A stretch of 64,000 nucleotides of DNA. It comes from Octopus sinensis (Eukaryota). Both the position numbers and the translations under genes were made by a program. The stretch lies in the NCBI RefSeq assembly GCF_006345805.1, contig NW_021833009.1, forward strand, positions 56,017 to 120,016, read 5' to 3'. Positions 48,950-62,034 of the stretch are shown here, in pieces (the first letter of the stretch is position 1; each line of letters begins with the position of its first letter). A model generated the notes under the pieces. It searched no databases. It saw nothing but the letters and a program-made list of their open reading frames with translations, and was not told where the DNA came from.

Positions 48950-49256
48950 AAAATGTCTTATTCACACCTGGTATCTACTACCCCGTTTTCTATTGGCAGC
49001 CTAAACGTCAGGGGTGATGACTCCTTTACTATATCACATGAGATTGACCAAGAACCATTGAAATTTCTATTCGATTAATTTGCAGTCTTTTTAAAATATT
49101 TTGTTTCTATTCACTGGAATACTTTGATGACCCAAATAGTTGGAATATCTGTCCAATCGCCCGCTTATGCCGACTGGGATAATTAATCAAAATATAACAA
49201 GGAAGTGATTATTAAATCAGGAAAGAGAATCCAATTAGTAATTCATTAGTTATTAA

Positions 49257-50064
49257 TTAAGTGCACAGAACATTGGTAGCATCCGTACAAAGTTCACTGC
49301 ACTCTACGGTCGTTGATATAATATTTAATATACTATTGTCAAAAGCTCCTTTAAAATGCAATATTGAATTTGCAGAAAATTGTAGTTTGGAAAAATGTCT
49401 AAACACATTTTCAAAAAAAATACTTGCTGACAACAGCCTCAAAATTATCTGCACGTGGTTTCAAACTAAGATAAGCCAACACACAAAATACGCTTTCTGC
49501 TCGGCGATGGGATTTGTACAAAATGTATTTGATGTTTGAAATCTAAAAGATTCAAATGTGACTAGAAAAACAACATAACATTAATTGATTCTCGACTATA
49601 TGAGAATGGAACGAAGTATTTGTCCGTTGGCATAGTTCTATTAGTGATAATTGTGTCATCATACACGGTTGTCAACGATGCAAGATTTCCCAGAGTGTTC
49701 ACGTGGATGTAGGTGAGACTAGTGCAGTCTTTCAAATTTCTACCATAATTATAGTCATTTACTCACAAAGTCTCTAGTGGGATAAAGTTACCGTTATTCC
49801 CAAAACTGGCATTTTCAAGTTTAATCAAATTTGAAGTTGCACAAGTTCTAGAAACAATAAACCGATTATCTACAAATCTGTGAGACTTTTGTGCATATCA
49901 AATTTGGCAAAATCGCCGTCAAACGATGTAATGTCCGTTAGAGTCATAATTGTAAGTATCGAAGAAACAGAATTTTTATAATCACAGCTAGCCACATCCG
50001 AAGTCGAGAAGGTACAATCATCTCCCAAAATGACTGAAAAGACAAAGAAAATATAGGTCAGCAT
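49257..50064 (-). CDS. Secreted cysteine-capped LRR-like protein, copy 1, multi-exon
   Basis: Signal MLTYIFFVFSVILG; CTFSTSDVASC cap; LIKLENASFGN..LETLNLKDCTSLTYIHVNTLGNLASLTTV; C-terminal CSELCTDATNVLCT; 18-27 nt introns. Confidence 0.7.
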
Positions 50065-50347
50065 TTGAATGAATTAATTAGGAATAAGTTTATTGTCATT
50101 TCAATGTTAGCCACTTAAAATAAGACAAATAATACAACTAAATTTTATTAAAATTATAAACTCACGATAAATTAAATGTGAATCACTCTGGATAATGTTC
50201 GAACGAGGACAAGGTGGCAAGGAGGATAGCTTTAGTATAGGACTACACAAAAAAGCTCTTTACTTGAAATTATTAAGTTGACATTGATCTGTGGGATGCT
50301 ATTGTAACCAACCTTTACGTACATCATCAGAGTACTCTCAAGTAGAC

Positions 50348-53268
50348 ATAAAAGAATTGTATGTTTAATAGAAACAGACTAATAAATTTGAGACTAAAAA
50401 GCCCATTGTGGCAAATCAAATCAGAAAGAACCCGACCATTGAGGAGGCTTCCAATCTTTACTGGACAAGGCGTTCTGCGTTCTTCAGTGTTGCATAAGTA
50501 TCTCCTTGTTTGTGAGAAATAACATCGTTATTAGGAGGAGTATTCTCAGATGTCACTTTGAGGGATTGGGCTACCTACTATTGCACAGTGATCGCCCCAT
50601 CGTCCCCGAGGGTTGTTGTGTGAGTTGGTTAGACGTATTGTGTGGATAAATCAATAGTCATTTAAATGACATGACTTGTACACACACAAATGACCTCTAA
50701 TGACAAATATCAACAATTCAAGTCTCGGAAACTATGGTCCGAAAATGTAAAGAAAGAATTCATTTTTGGACAGAGAATTGGACTGTATGTGGTGAGTGTG
50801 TGGCCTACAAGTGGTGGGGGCAGTGGAGTAAAGTGCAGCACTCTCGGGAGTATGCTTACAAAGACATCAAAGCAGACAATATAGACAATGTCCTGGCCGA
50901 GTTTGCCACTAAATACAGCCCGGACTGTCTCTTGCGGCACTCTCGCCTATTTCGCCCCCTCATTACCATATGACGGGGTGGAGGTGTGGGAGTGGTCCTC
51001 TACTATATGATTAGTGAGGCATTCATCTTCCCCACTGCAATTGTGGGCTCCCTACACATTCACAAGTCCTCTCCGCACTCCTCCAACCACACAGCAGACC
51101 TGGGGTCGACCAAATATGCAACTTTGTTACACTATTTTAAAATTATTAATTAGCATAGTTGGAGTATTCGTGGAGTGTAGGCCAGACTTGGAGGGGGCAC
51201 GTGGGGTTGCCACTAATCGACTCATCCACGTTATTCAAGAGTACTGTCAGCCGGGATATTCAGAGGCCACACTTTGAGGAGTTGAGGACCGTGGGAAGAC
51301 TATTAGGACAAGGGGGGTTGTCACTTGCCTTGTCTTTTCTCAACATTGCCTGTCCTATCACTTTCTGGCCATATTCCGTCGACTACGTCCTCAGGGCGTG
51401 CAAGAGAGAGTTTCACAATGAGCAGAGTCGAGTTATCCTCCCAATTGATGTTGGCCTGGCTGGGCACTATTTTGTAATGCGGCAGTCTAAGAGGACGACC
51501 AGAGTTGAGAACCAGGGCCCTTGTGGCTGTAAAGGCCATCAGATTCCGTGGGAGGATGAGTTGTTTGTACACTGTCGTTGTCGTCTGGTGAGTGTATTCT
51601 AGTTGTCCAATAGTCACTACGGGGTGATGACTATTATTATATAGCACTATCGAAAAATCATAAATTTAATTAACTTTTCCTTGTGGCACAGCCAGTATCC
51701 TCACACACATCCGTTTCCACGCCCCCTTGTTCTTTTCTATAGTTCGTAATGAATCGAGATCGTCCCCACTTTTCAGTCTTTTGTTTACTCCTGTCAAGTC
51801 TTCGTTTAACGCGGTAGGTGGAGTGACTCTAGGTCTGTTGGTTGAGGTGGTGACGTACCTCTCTTGCACAAAATGTCTTATTCACACCTGGTATCTACTA
51901 CCCCGTTTTCTATTGGCAGCCTAAACGTCAGGGGTGATGACTCCTTTACTGATATCACATGAGATTGACCAAGAACCATTGAAATTTCTATTCGATTAAT
52001 TTGCAGTCTTTTTAAAATATTTTGTTTCTATTCACTGGAATACTTTGATGACCCAAATAGTTGGAATATCTGTCCAATCGCCCGCTTATGCCGACTGGGA
52101 TAATTAATCAAAATATAACAAGGAAGTGATTATTAAATCAGGAAAGAGAATCCAATTAGTAATTCATTAGTTATTAATTAAGTGCACAGAACATTGGTAG
52201 CATCCGTACAAAGTTCACTGCACTCTACGGTCGTTGATATAATATTTAATATACTATTGTCAAAAGCTCCTTTAAAATGCAATATTGAATTTGCAGAAAA
52301 TTGTAGTTTGGAAAAATGTCTAAACACATTTTCAAAAAAAATACTTGCTGACAACAGCCTCAAAATTATCTGCACGTGGTTTCAAACTAAGATAAGCCAA
52401 CACACAAAATACGCTTTCTGCTCGGCGATGGGATTTGTACAAAATGTATTTGATGTTTGAAATCTAAAAGATTCAAATGTGACTAGAAAAACAACATAAC
52501 ATTAATTGATTCTCGACTATATGAGAATGGAACGAAGTATTTGTCCGTTGGCATAGTTCTATTAGTGATAATTGTGTCATCATACACGGTTGTCAACGAT
52601 GCAAGATTTCCCAGAGTGTTCACGTGGATGTAGGTGAGACTAGTGCAGTCTTTCAAATTTCTACCATAATTATAGTCATTTACTCACAAAGTCTCTAGTG
52701 GGATAAAGTTACCGTTATTCCCAAAACTGGCATTTTCAAGTTTAATCAAATTTGAAGTTGCACAAGTTCTAGAAACAATAAACCGATTATCTACAAATCT
52801 GTGAGACTTTTGTGCATATCAAATTTGGCAAAATCGCCGTCAAACGATGTAATGTCCGTTAGAGTCATAATTGTAAGTATCGAAGAAACAGAATTTTTAT
52901 AATCACAGCTAGCCACATCCGAAGTCGAGAAGGTACAATCATCTCCCAAAATGACTGAAAAGACAAAGAAAATATAGGTCAGCATTTGAATGAATTAATT
53001 AGGAATAAGTTTATTGTCATTTCAATGTTAGCCACTTAAAATAAGACAAATAATACAACTAAATTTTATTAAAATTATAAACTCACGATAAATTAAATGT
53101 GAATCACTCTGGATAATGTTCGAACGAGGACAAGGTGGCAAGGAGGATAGCTTTAGTATAGGACTACACAAAAAAGCTCTTTACTTGAAATTATTAAGTT
53201 GACATTGATCTGTGGGATGCTATTGTAACCAACCTTTACGTACATCATCAGAGTACTCTCAAGTAGAC
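50348..53268 (+). repeat. 2.92-kb tandem duplication, unit 2
   Basis: Directly abuts unit 1; same internal ORF set shifted by about 2920 nt. Confidence 0.95.
52178..52985 (-). CDS. Secreted LRR-like protein, copy 2 (identical or near-identical to copy 1)
   Basis: Identical ORF translations to 49257-50064. Confidence 0.7.
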
Positions 53269-53659
53269 GGCGTATATTCAAAGTTCTTCCTCTTATTGAC
53301 CTTAGTTAAAATTTTTCTGGAATTGACATTTTGTATTCAAAGCATAGTATAGAAATGAGTGAATTGAAAATAATGAATACGCATATCCAAAATAAAGTAG
53401 GCTCTAACGAGGACAATAAAGTAAAGCTAAGTAGTGGACAGGAAAACTTCTACCAACAATTGGACGGCATTGAGGGAGTGCCTTGATAAATATCGGAGAG
53501 TAGCTCAAAAAGAATAGGATAGTTTAAAAAATTTTTTTTAAGGTGGTGACGTCCCTTTTTAAAAATATGTCTTCTTCGTGCTCAATTACACGTTGCCCAT
53601 TCTCCTTGGTACTTTCAATACTCGAAGCTTGAAGTTCATCACCAAAAACATCAACTCGG

Positions 53660-55480
53660 ACGTGATTTATCTACCCATGGTGTCAGTGTTTGCTGCATTC
53701 AAGAGACAAAGATTACAGCATATTCGATTACGAAATTGGATGATTACTACGTGATCACTTTGACTGCCGACATTATGGACTTGGATTTGCGGTTCACAAA
53801 GATCTTTACAACGTGTGACACGCGTATGGGCTGTCTTGGATCGTATTGCAGTCATATAACTAAAGTTTGGAATTCTGTTATTTCTATCATCAATGTTTAT
53901 GCTCCGACCGCTGTCCAAGCTGATGCCAATCCTGGAGGACTTGGTGAGTTTTACTCATGTTTGACATGGACATATAACTTACTTTTGTCGTAGTTTATTG
54001 CTGGAGACTGGAATGCCAGAGTTGGTAAAATACGGAATGGGGAGAATAAGATCAAAAATGGCAACTTGATTAAAATATATAATCAAATTGGTTATATTTT
54101 GTGCAGAAAAAGGAACAAAAACCTAATACAAAAATCGAGATCATATGATAGGCTTTAAACATAGAGTGATCACAAATTGGTGATTACTCGGTTCTCATTG
54201 GGAAGTTTGTACAAACTTGAAAGATATAGAAAAACGGAATTCGAAAGATTGGATACAGAAACTCTAATAAGCAATGAAATAAAGATGGAAGAGTATTGCA
54301 AAAAACTAAGTTAGGAATATAAATACAAACAATAATGCACAGGATTTGTGGAATAATGTTGAAGTTGCAATGAAGAATACCGTGTCGTTGGTCTTGGGGA
54401 CTACTTACAAAAACAAATTCTTATATAACAACGATAAAATATCATACTTCTTTTCAGAACAAAAGAATTTGAGGATTAGAATTAATAATTCTGGACAGTC
54501 GACATGAAAATGGATCTGGACAGTCGTGGGTTCGATTCCGAAGAAGGCTAGTTTCATCCTGGGGTCAATTCTCGTTATCTTTCCCATGCTCGCAAGGCAA
54601 TGAGTACTTCTGACACGACAAAGTTGAAAATGGGGATCTCTTACCTTCCTTCCGGTCTTAGCGTGGCGTTATGGGGGCCACCATGTCAGTTGGAACTTCC
54701 AATAAGATATGGAAACGCTCAGGAGGCACTTAATGCCTACCGAAAAAAGGACTTCTAGAACTCTGACCCTGGGACATCGTCGTCTCAGTCCGATCATGTG
54801 GGCAGGATCGAACCTTTCAGAAGGATCTCCCTCGCTTGAATCGGGGATCACGGGGATTATAATTAACTGGCTTACCCTGGTCTTTTCGTCATTAAATAAA
54901 TAAAAATTCAAATATACCGAGTCTAAAGGAAGAGCTAAGAATAGTTTGTAGCTCATTTTTAACAAAAATCAAAACACTTCAAGAATATTAAGTGAAAAGG
55001 GAAGTGGAGGAACAAGTCGATGAAATCAATAAATATAAGAACGGATCCAAAATGTTCAAAGCAATTCGAATTATTAGCAAATGAAACGACCAGGGAACAT
55101 GGACGATCAATATTGAATGTTATTGAAAAGGCGAACATAGTCTCACTACTATGACATCTTTAAAGATTGAGAAATTGAAAAAAAATCTCCAATAACATCA
55201 ACGGGTCCTCTTAACTGCCCCATTATTATCGCGGAAACTATCAAGGCAATAGGAAAACTAAACTACAGGAAAGCGGCTGGCCCTGATGATATACCTGCTG
55301 AGTTAATAAAATGTGGACAGACTGAATTGGGTAAAATAATCACCATCATACTCAATAAAGCATTTGAAGACAAAAACGATCTTGGAACTGGGAGAAAATG
55401 GTCATTTCCAATACCTAAACCTGGGAAACCTAGAGGTCCCGCAAACAGTATAGAACCAATAATTATCGGTGTTACGGAAA
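53660..55480 (+). mobile_element. Degraded RTE-like LINE (APE plus start of RT), interrupted at about 54510-54910
   Basis: IINVYAPT..IAGDWNARVG; KLNYRKAAGPDDIPAELIKCG..PIPKPGKPRGP. Confidence 0.8.
54632..54905 (+). mobile_element. Second copy of the bipartite non-autonomous retroelement
   Basis: Colinear with 183-460 from gggatct to the (taaa)n tail; sits inside the RTE-like LINE. Confidence 0.75.
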
Positions 55481-55666
55481 ACCCTCTCTAATCAAATGGA
55501 AAGTCGACAAATGATCAATTTTTTAAACCACTCGGGGAGTTAGACAATATAAGCGGATGATCTGGACTTTGTATTGGATGATTTCTCAAACACATAAACG
55601 AGCATGGAGAGAAGATATCCCAGACAGGTCTAATTGGATGCCTTAGTATGTTAACAATAAAGTAAT

Positions 55667-56323
55667 TTATTGAGAGTTAAGGAGGTCGGCGAAGGAGTTC
55701 ATGCCCTCCAAGACACCAGTGCCAGTGATGGCGTCACATGGCTGGTGAATGATCTGTAAGGATGAGAGGAAAGTGACCCTTCTGGAAGGATGGAGAGGGA
55801 AGAGTTGGATGAGCTGGTCGAGGGGGAGTGCATCGGGGAGGTCCTGTTTGTTGAAGTAGAGGAGGACAGCAACATGGCGGAGAGCAGACTCCTGCAACTA
55901 GGAATGTGGAGGGGGGAGGACGAGAGAGGCGAGGACTGACTTGGACTCGTCAATGCGCTGTCGGTCATTCGAGTCGACGACATAGATGAGTCCCTTCTGT
56001 CACGCACGTGCACTACCTGACACCCCTCGTAGAAACGACTCCACAGACTGCGGATGTTGGCCTGTCCACCAATGTCGAGGACTGTGAAGGTTATGTTCTT
56101 GTAATCCACTGTCTCCACGTTGAAGCCTGATGGGGATGACAACACCAACCGAGTGTAGGAATTGTGCTCACCACCACCCCCATCTTTAGCGAGTACAGAA
56201 TTGTCGTCTTGCCTGCCCCATCCAGTCCAACTACTCCCTCAATCACTCACTCACACGCATTATTATCTTTATTGGCTTGTTCCCCATTAGTTTCTGGAAT
56301 ATTCGAGATATTGTCAGCCCCAT
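55667..56323 (-). CDS. ARF/ARL-family small GTPase, multi-exon
   Basis: [63 protein letters not shown]. Confidence 0.92.
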
Positions 56324-56472
56324 CACACACTACTGTCGTGTATATTCTATTTATCACTTTTTTAATTATTCAAAACATTCCATATTAGTAAATTAATATA
56401 ACAAATATCTTATGACAATTTTCCTTCCTTGCTTCCTTCTCTTTGCTTCCGATCCGCATTCTTCTGACAGAC

Positions 56473-57830
56473 TCATAGGCCGGAATACAGCGTCTTGTCC
56501 TCGGCAGGTTCCTCTGACGTCTCCTGGTGGCTGCTTCCTCCACTTAGTCGTTCATTGATTGCATGATTCGTCCCCATAGCTGAGTTTGTACTCCGGACAG
56601 ATGCTCTCCAGTAATTTTTAATCACGGTTGTCTGGACATATGCACGAGTCATGGACTTGTAGGGAGTTTTGATAGTGCTTGTGAAATGAGGATAGTATTC
56701 CATCCCATGTGAGAACCAGTGGTACGATATTCACATTTGCCTGTGGATTAACTTTAATTCGCTTGTCAAAAAGGCGTATTTATGTAATTTCTCAACTTCC
56801 ACATGCTTCAAAGATTGTTGAGAAGTAATTCCAACTTGGATCATCGTAATGATGTTCCGAACATTGTCGTAGTGTTCGGTTTATTATTATTGACTTTATC
56901 TTGATCGTCGTGTTCACCCGTATTTCGATTACCTCATTAGAGACAGTGAACGGAGTGGGTCTTCATTTTCCTAGATATTTTCGGCAGATATGCAAGTGAA
57001 TGCACCGTACAACCTCATTGTGGCGACGCAGGTGATCTCTGTTCAACATTCTGCTCATCTTGTAGCATAATGAACCACAGTCTCTTTGGTGGTGTTGCAA
57101 TAATTGCAGCAACTACCACCGTTGTCAAAGAATAAGTTGCGGTTCTGAACCATGCACAGCATTCTCTCCGACCTTGGAAAATTGTTCCCATGAGATAACC
57201 ACCTTTCAGATCCACTAAACAAAATTGAGTGAAGCGGCTTTTTTCGTATCTGTTCAATTAAGTGCTTTCCTTAAAAATTCTTCAGAACGTTCAGTTTGAA
57301 GCTTTCCGGAGTTGCAAATTTGTACTTTCTGCACAGGAATTCCTTAATAGTGGCCATGTGTGTTTTCTTAGATCTGACACCCCTGAAGATCCCCTCTCTT
57401 CTCAAACAATAGGAAACCTTCATCTCCATGTTCCTGAGGAATTTAAGAACCATTCGCTCGCTTTTATGCACCACAGAGATCAATCCTCTTCTTAGTCGGT
57501 CTCTTTAAAGATAGTCTATGTTTGTTTTCAGGTTTCATGTGTATTTGGTGGCGTATCAACCTTGCGCACATTCTTATCAATATTCTTAAATTTGCATGGT
57601 TCGATATCAATGAGTCCGATTTAGTAGTTATACAAAGATAATGCATGCTCATTGACAGCCTTGAAATAAATTGCAAAATTGAGCTTCGAATCTGCCAGGC
57701 TGTCTTCTATTACAGTGTTTTCCTTCCGAGCAAACAATTTTAGGTCGTTCATAAACAACAAGTGGTTCTTTGAGCATACCCGAGGACTATTGCCGGACTT
57801 GTCCACTTGGGAATTTCGCATTCAATATTC
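56473..57830 (-). mobile_element. Degraded R4/Dong/NeSL-type LINE (RT, CCHC knuckle, REL endonuclease)
   Basis: NHLLFMNDLKLFA; CNYCNTTKETVVHYATR..RRHNEVVRCIHL; VEKLHKY..NIVPLVLTWDG. Confidence 0.8.
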
Positions 57831-57979
57831 TACTCAGGGGTCCAGGACAAAAACACAAATTTTCGGCGATAAAGAATTACCCTGCAAGATGCCTCTCTCC
57901 ATTCTCACTTCAATAATCTCTTTTTGATTAAAGACAATTAAGGACGGATTCGTTGTCGAAGGTTAGTTTTTATTTTTGC

Positions 57980-58830
57980 CACGCTTAGTGTCATTTTTCA
58001 CATGTGTTCCCATCCCCCTTTTTTACTTAATACTGCTTTTAGAGCATCCAGGTTTTGTTTATTGCTGGTAAATCTTCGTTTAAGGCATGGTGGTTCTGAG
58101 TTTTCCACGGAATGCTCCTTCGGGTCGGACAAAATAGCTTTCCATCGCGATGTTCCGGGGAGTGAGACTACCCAGTCTTAATATGTGGCCAAAAACTTGC
58201 CATCTGGAATTCAGGATTTCTGTGGTGATCGGACTCGGGAATTGCATGTCTATAATTTTTCTCAGTTGATTTCGGTGAAATTTGTTCAAACTGTTAATTT
58301 CAGCTTGGTGATTCCCCATTTCGATTTGGCCTTTGATATCATATTAAGAGACTGCCAAAATGTTCGCAATTAAGTTGTCAATAATTCTCTATCGGATAAT
58401 ACAGACATACAAATATTGAACGAAGTTGGAATAATCATCCGATATTCTATTAAAAAAATTTTAGCTGAAAATAAATCTCAAAAAATATATATTTACTGAT
58501 CAAGCCCCTACCTTTAATGGAATGACAAAAAGTTGAGGGGTGTAAAAATACTAAGATCATTAATTGGAGACTGGAAAAATGTTAACACGAGAAAAATATT
58601 GCATTCTTGGATTATATCAATTAAAAGTTGTCAAAGATGGGAATACTTGGTCTCTGGATGGATATTAAACCCACTTCAACAAATGATAAAACATTGGAAT
58701 CCACATTTGCTGAGGCAAAGAGTCGTTTTTCAAGCTGTGTATGGATAAGCTGGAATATGGAAAGGCATGTCATCGCCAAGACGGTCTCATCACACAGAAA
58801 AATAAGCCACTACCCTTTTGGACAATGCTG
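57980..58830 (-). mobile_element. RTE-like LINE 3' relic
   Basis: FHRNQLRKII..RWQVFGHILRL..AMESYF..FRGKLRTTMP. Confidence 0.7.
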
Positions 58831-59342
58831 ACCTCTGATAATTAAACTGAAAATTGTGGGGGCTACAGCTAAGAGTCCACGTGACATGAATCACCATAAA
58901 ACCATCAAATTTCATAGAAAACTGTTTTTTCACGAAGAAGACTTCATTCTCGACTTTCGTACCTAGAATTGGCCAAAAGAGGTCAGAACGTGAGTAGCCT
59001 TCATCATTCCCTGTTCAAATATTTTGATTTTCCGCTGATTTCCGCGGTCTATTCAATCTGGCTACTTTGCTGTTATGACAATATTTTAATTGTTCCATTA
59101 AAATTTATATTTTGCATTTTTCACTAAAAATCACCTTTCACACAGAGGCATAGTAATTTATAACTTAGTAATAGGTAGGACACACTATTATTTTAAGTAA
59201 AAAGGAGGAGCTAACCCAAATAAACTGGAATATTTGTCCAATCACCCGTCAATACTTGCCTGACCCGGATAATTAATGAAAATTAAACAAGAAAATTATT
59301 ATTAAACCAGGAAAGTGAACCCAAATAGTAATTCATTAGTTT

Positions 59343-60131
59343 TTAATTAATTACATTACACAGAATATTGGTAGCATCCGTACAATATCGACGGCAGTTT
59401 TGATTTACATTATCGTCTTCAAAGTGCAAGTATGCCTGTTTATCAAATTTTAATGCAGAAAAATTTCTAGAGCATTTTCAAAAATAATACCTTTTGACAA
59501 CTGCCAAAAAATCATCTATAACTGGAATCAAACTATAATAAGTCAACTCACACAATACGCTTTCTGTTCGAAAATGGTGTGTGTACAAAATGTATTTGAT
59601 TTTTGAAATCTAAGAGATTCAAATGTGACTAAAAAACCAACTTAACATTAATTGAGTTCGGTTTATATGAGAATGGAATGAAGTATTTCTCCTTTGGCAT
59701 AGTTCTATTAGTGATAAATGTGTCATCATACACGGTTGTCAACGATGAAAGATTTCCCAGAGTGTTCACGTGGATGTAGGTGAGACTACTGCAGTCTTTC
59801 AAATTTCTACCATAATTATAGTCATTTACTCACAAAGTCTCTAGTGGGATAAAGTTACCGTTATTCCCAAAACTGGCATCTCCAAGTTGAAGCAAATTTG
59901 GAGTTGCACAAGTTCTAGAGACAATAAACAGGTTATCTACAAGTTTGTGAGATTTTTGTGCATATCAAATTTAGTAAAAGAGTCGTCAAACGATGTAATC
60001 TCATTTAGAATCATAGTTGTAAGTGTCGAAGGTACAGAATTTTTATAATCACAGTTAGTCACATCCGAGGTCGAGAAGGTACAATCCTTTCCCAAAATGA
60101 CTGAAAAGACAAAGAAAATATAGGTCAGCAT
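59343..60131 (-). CDS. Secreted LRR-like protein, copy 3 (diverged paralog)
   Basis: MLTYIFFVFSVILGKDCTFSTSDVTNC; same exon layout; central GNNGNFIPLETLNLKDC identical to copies 1/2, C-terminal third diverged. Confidence 0.7.
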
Positions 60132-61144
60132 TTGAAGGAATTTATTATAAGTTTATTGTCATTTCAATGTTGGCCACTCAAAATAAGACAAATATTACAA
60201 CTAAAATTTTGAGAAAATCTATGAAGAACCATCTACGAGAATTAAAAACTTGACGAAAACTAAATTAAACTTAGTCAAACTATTCAAGGCTATAAACAAG
60301 CATGTCATCTCCCTTTTTAACTATAACATTTGCCTGAATGGTATTAAGACCTGAAAGTTTGAAAAATTGTTAAAAAGATCCATCGATTCTTATAGACAAT
60401 CATATTCACTTGTAAACGGCTAACAATGACTTTTCTTTAAGGAATGAATTCGGAAGAGGCCCGGAGTCACTTTTTGGTGACTTTGAAACATAAAGCAAAT
60501 TTTGTCTAAATAGAGGAGGAATTCTGCGACTCACTTTTTTAAAGAAAACACATACGGCTACTATTGCAGATATTTGTATCTTAAAAATACAATGCTGAAA
60601 ATATAAATGAATTGAAAATAAGAATTTGATGAGAATTCAACGTGAATATTTACTGAAAAGAAGCCCTTCTACTCTATCTTGTTGAATACTGAAGTTGATG
60701 TTAATAAATCTAGTGGGTGGCTTGTCTATGGAAACAATCCGCCGCTGTGCTTACTGCAAGATCGAAACTTGTTTTTCAATAACGGAAACAATAGATACAG
60801 CAACTAATTTAAAAGACTGTTTATCACTTTGCGACAAGGTGTGGACAAATGCTTAACATCTTCTACCTCAGACACCATAGAAAAATTAAAAACCCATTCA
60901 GTAAAATTTGTCATCATCAACGGAGATTGTCTAATTTAGCAAGTAAAAGTTGCGAGTAATGGTATACAAAAGTATCAAATCACAAGTGACCCTATCAGTT
61001 TGCAGAGGAAATAATGTGAGTGTCATTTTTATTACAACAAATAAAGAGTAAACACAAAAGAATCCCGCGTCCCTAAAAAATATAAAGTGTCACTAAGAGT
61101 TCTTTCTCCTCTGACTGATGAGTCTACACATACAAACATATAGC

Positions 61145-62034
61145 TCACTCAAATTGGTCGACCTCACGCTTATCAAACACACTCCTTCCACTCCGCGACA
61201 TTCCATTAAGTCTCCGATCATCCAACTCCACGAAAGCACCACTACCCCCCGCCCCACGACGCAGACCCTCCTTTTCCTCCCACTTTTCCTTCCTCTGGGC
61301 TTTCCTTTGCTCTTTCCGTCCCTTCAGAGCGTTCACTCTGGCCAAATCACAGGCCTCCGCGAAGACGAAGAGTTCAGTTTGAAATCAGAATGGACTCAAA
61401 CCTCCAACCATGCACGTCTCATTTCGCCTAGAAAGTCCACAAACGACAGACAAAATGACTCAAGACTGCGTAGACGATCGATCTGCTCTTCCACAGCCCT
61501 ATTTTGGCGGGAACCTAAAAATGGTGAATTAACGACAACCATATGGGACACCCGACTCCTCAACGAATCGTCATAAAAAAGATGTGATTGGAAGACACGT
61601 TCTTTGTACTACTCACATTCAGTGGTGCGGAGGACGTGTGAGTAATAGCAGACGGTGGCATCCAAGTCATTCTGCCGTCGAATAATGTTCTCACTCTCCT
61701 GCCGCACTTCCTTCGAGACTTGTGCGGAGATCCAACTCAATTCGACGGTCTCCAAGTTGACTTTACCCGACTCGAGCCACTTCACCAACTTGGGGGCGAG
61801 TTTGGTGGCTTTGATGTTGGTTATTTTCTCTCGGACATTGGCCAGATGGATTTTGGTGGACTGCCCCTCGGACGACTCCTCAACGGGGAGGACTGACCGC
61901 GCATGAACTGTTTGGGAATGTCTATCACCACTTTCTTGGTTGTTGAATGTGGCAGATTGATTTGATGCATCCATTAATTTTCTCTCATGACACTCCTTAA
62001 TAAAGTTGACACCCAAAAGTTTTTTTTCTTCCAT
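61145..62034 (-). CDS. Multi-exon gene of unknown function with a basic/charged C-terminus
   Basis: 141-aa first ORF from ATG 62034, short GT-AG introns, last exon RVNALKGRKEQRKAQRKEKWEEKEG..DQFE-TGA; middle splicing ambiguous. Confidence 0.55.

Larger units (their letters stand above)
47429..50347 (+). repeat. 2.92-kb head-to-tail tandem duplication, unit 1
   Basis: Starts ataaaagaattgtatg, ends gagtactctcaagtagac; near-identical to 50348-53268 apart from a diverged patch near 47810-47910 and scattered SNPs. Confidence 0.95.

Noticed and set aside
49150-49256. Hydrophobic GPI/TM-like tail after the LRR-like genes
   Set aside because: In both paralog types it lies in another frame behind TAA-TGA stops with no usable splice sites; treated as AT-rich 3' UTR.
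61145-61345. SURF6/Rrp14-like similarity (RKEQRKAQRKEKWEEK)
   Set aside because: The similarity is limited to a charged low-complexity stretch; no gene symbol assigned.
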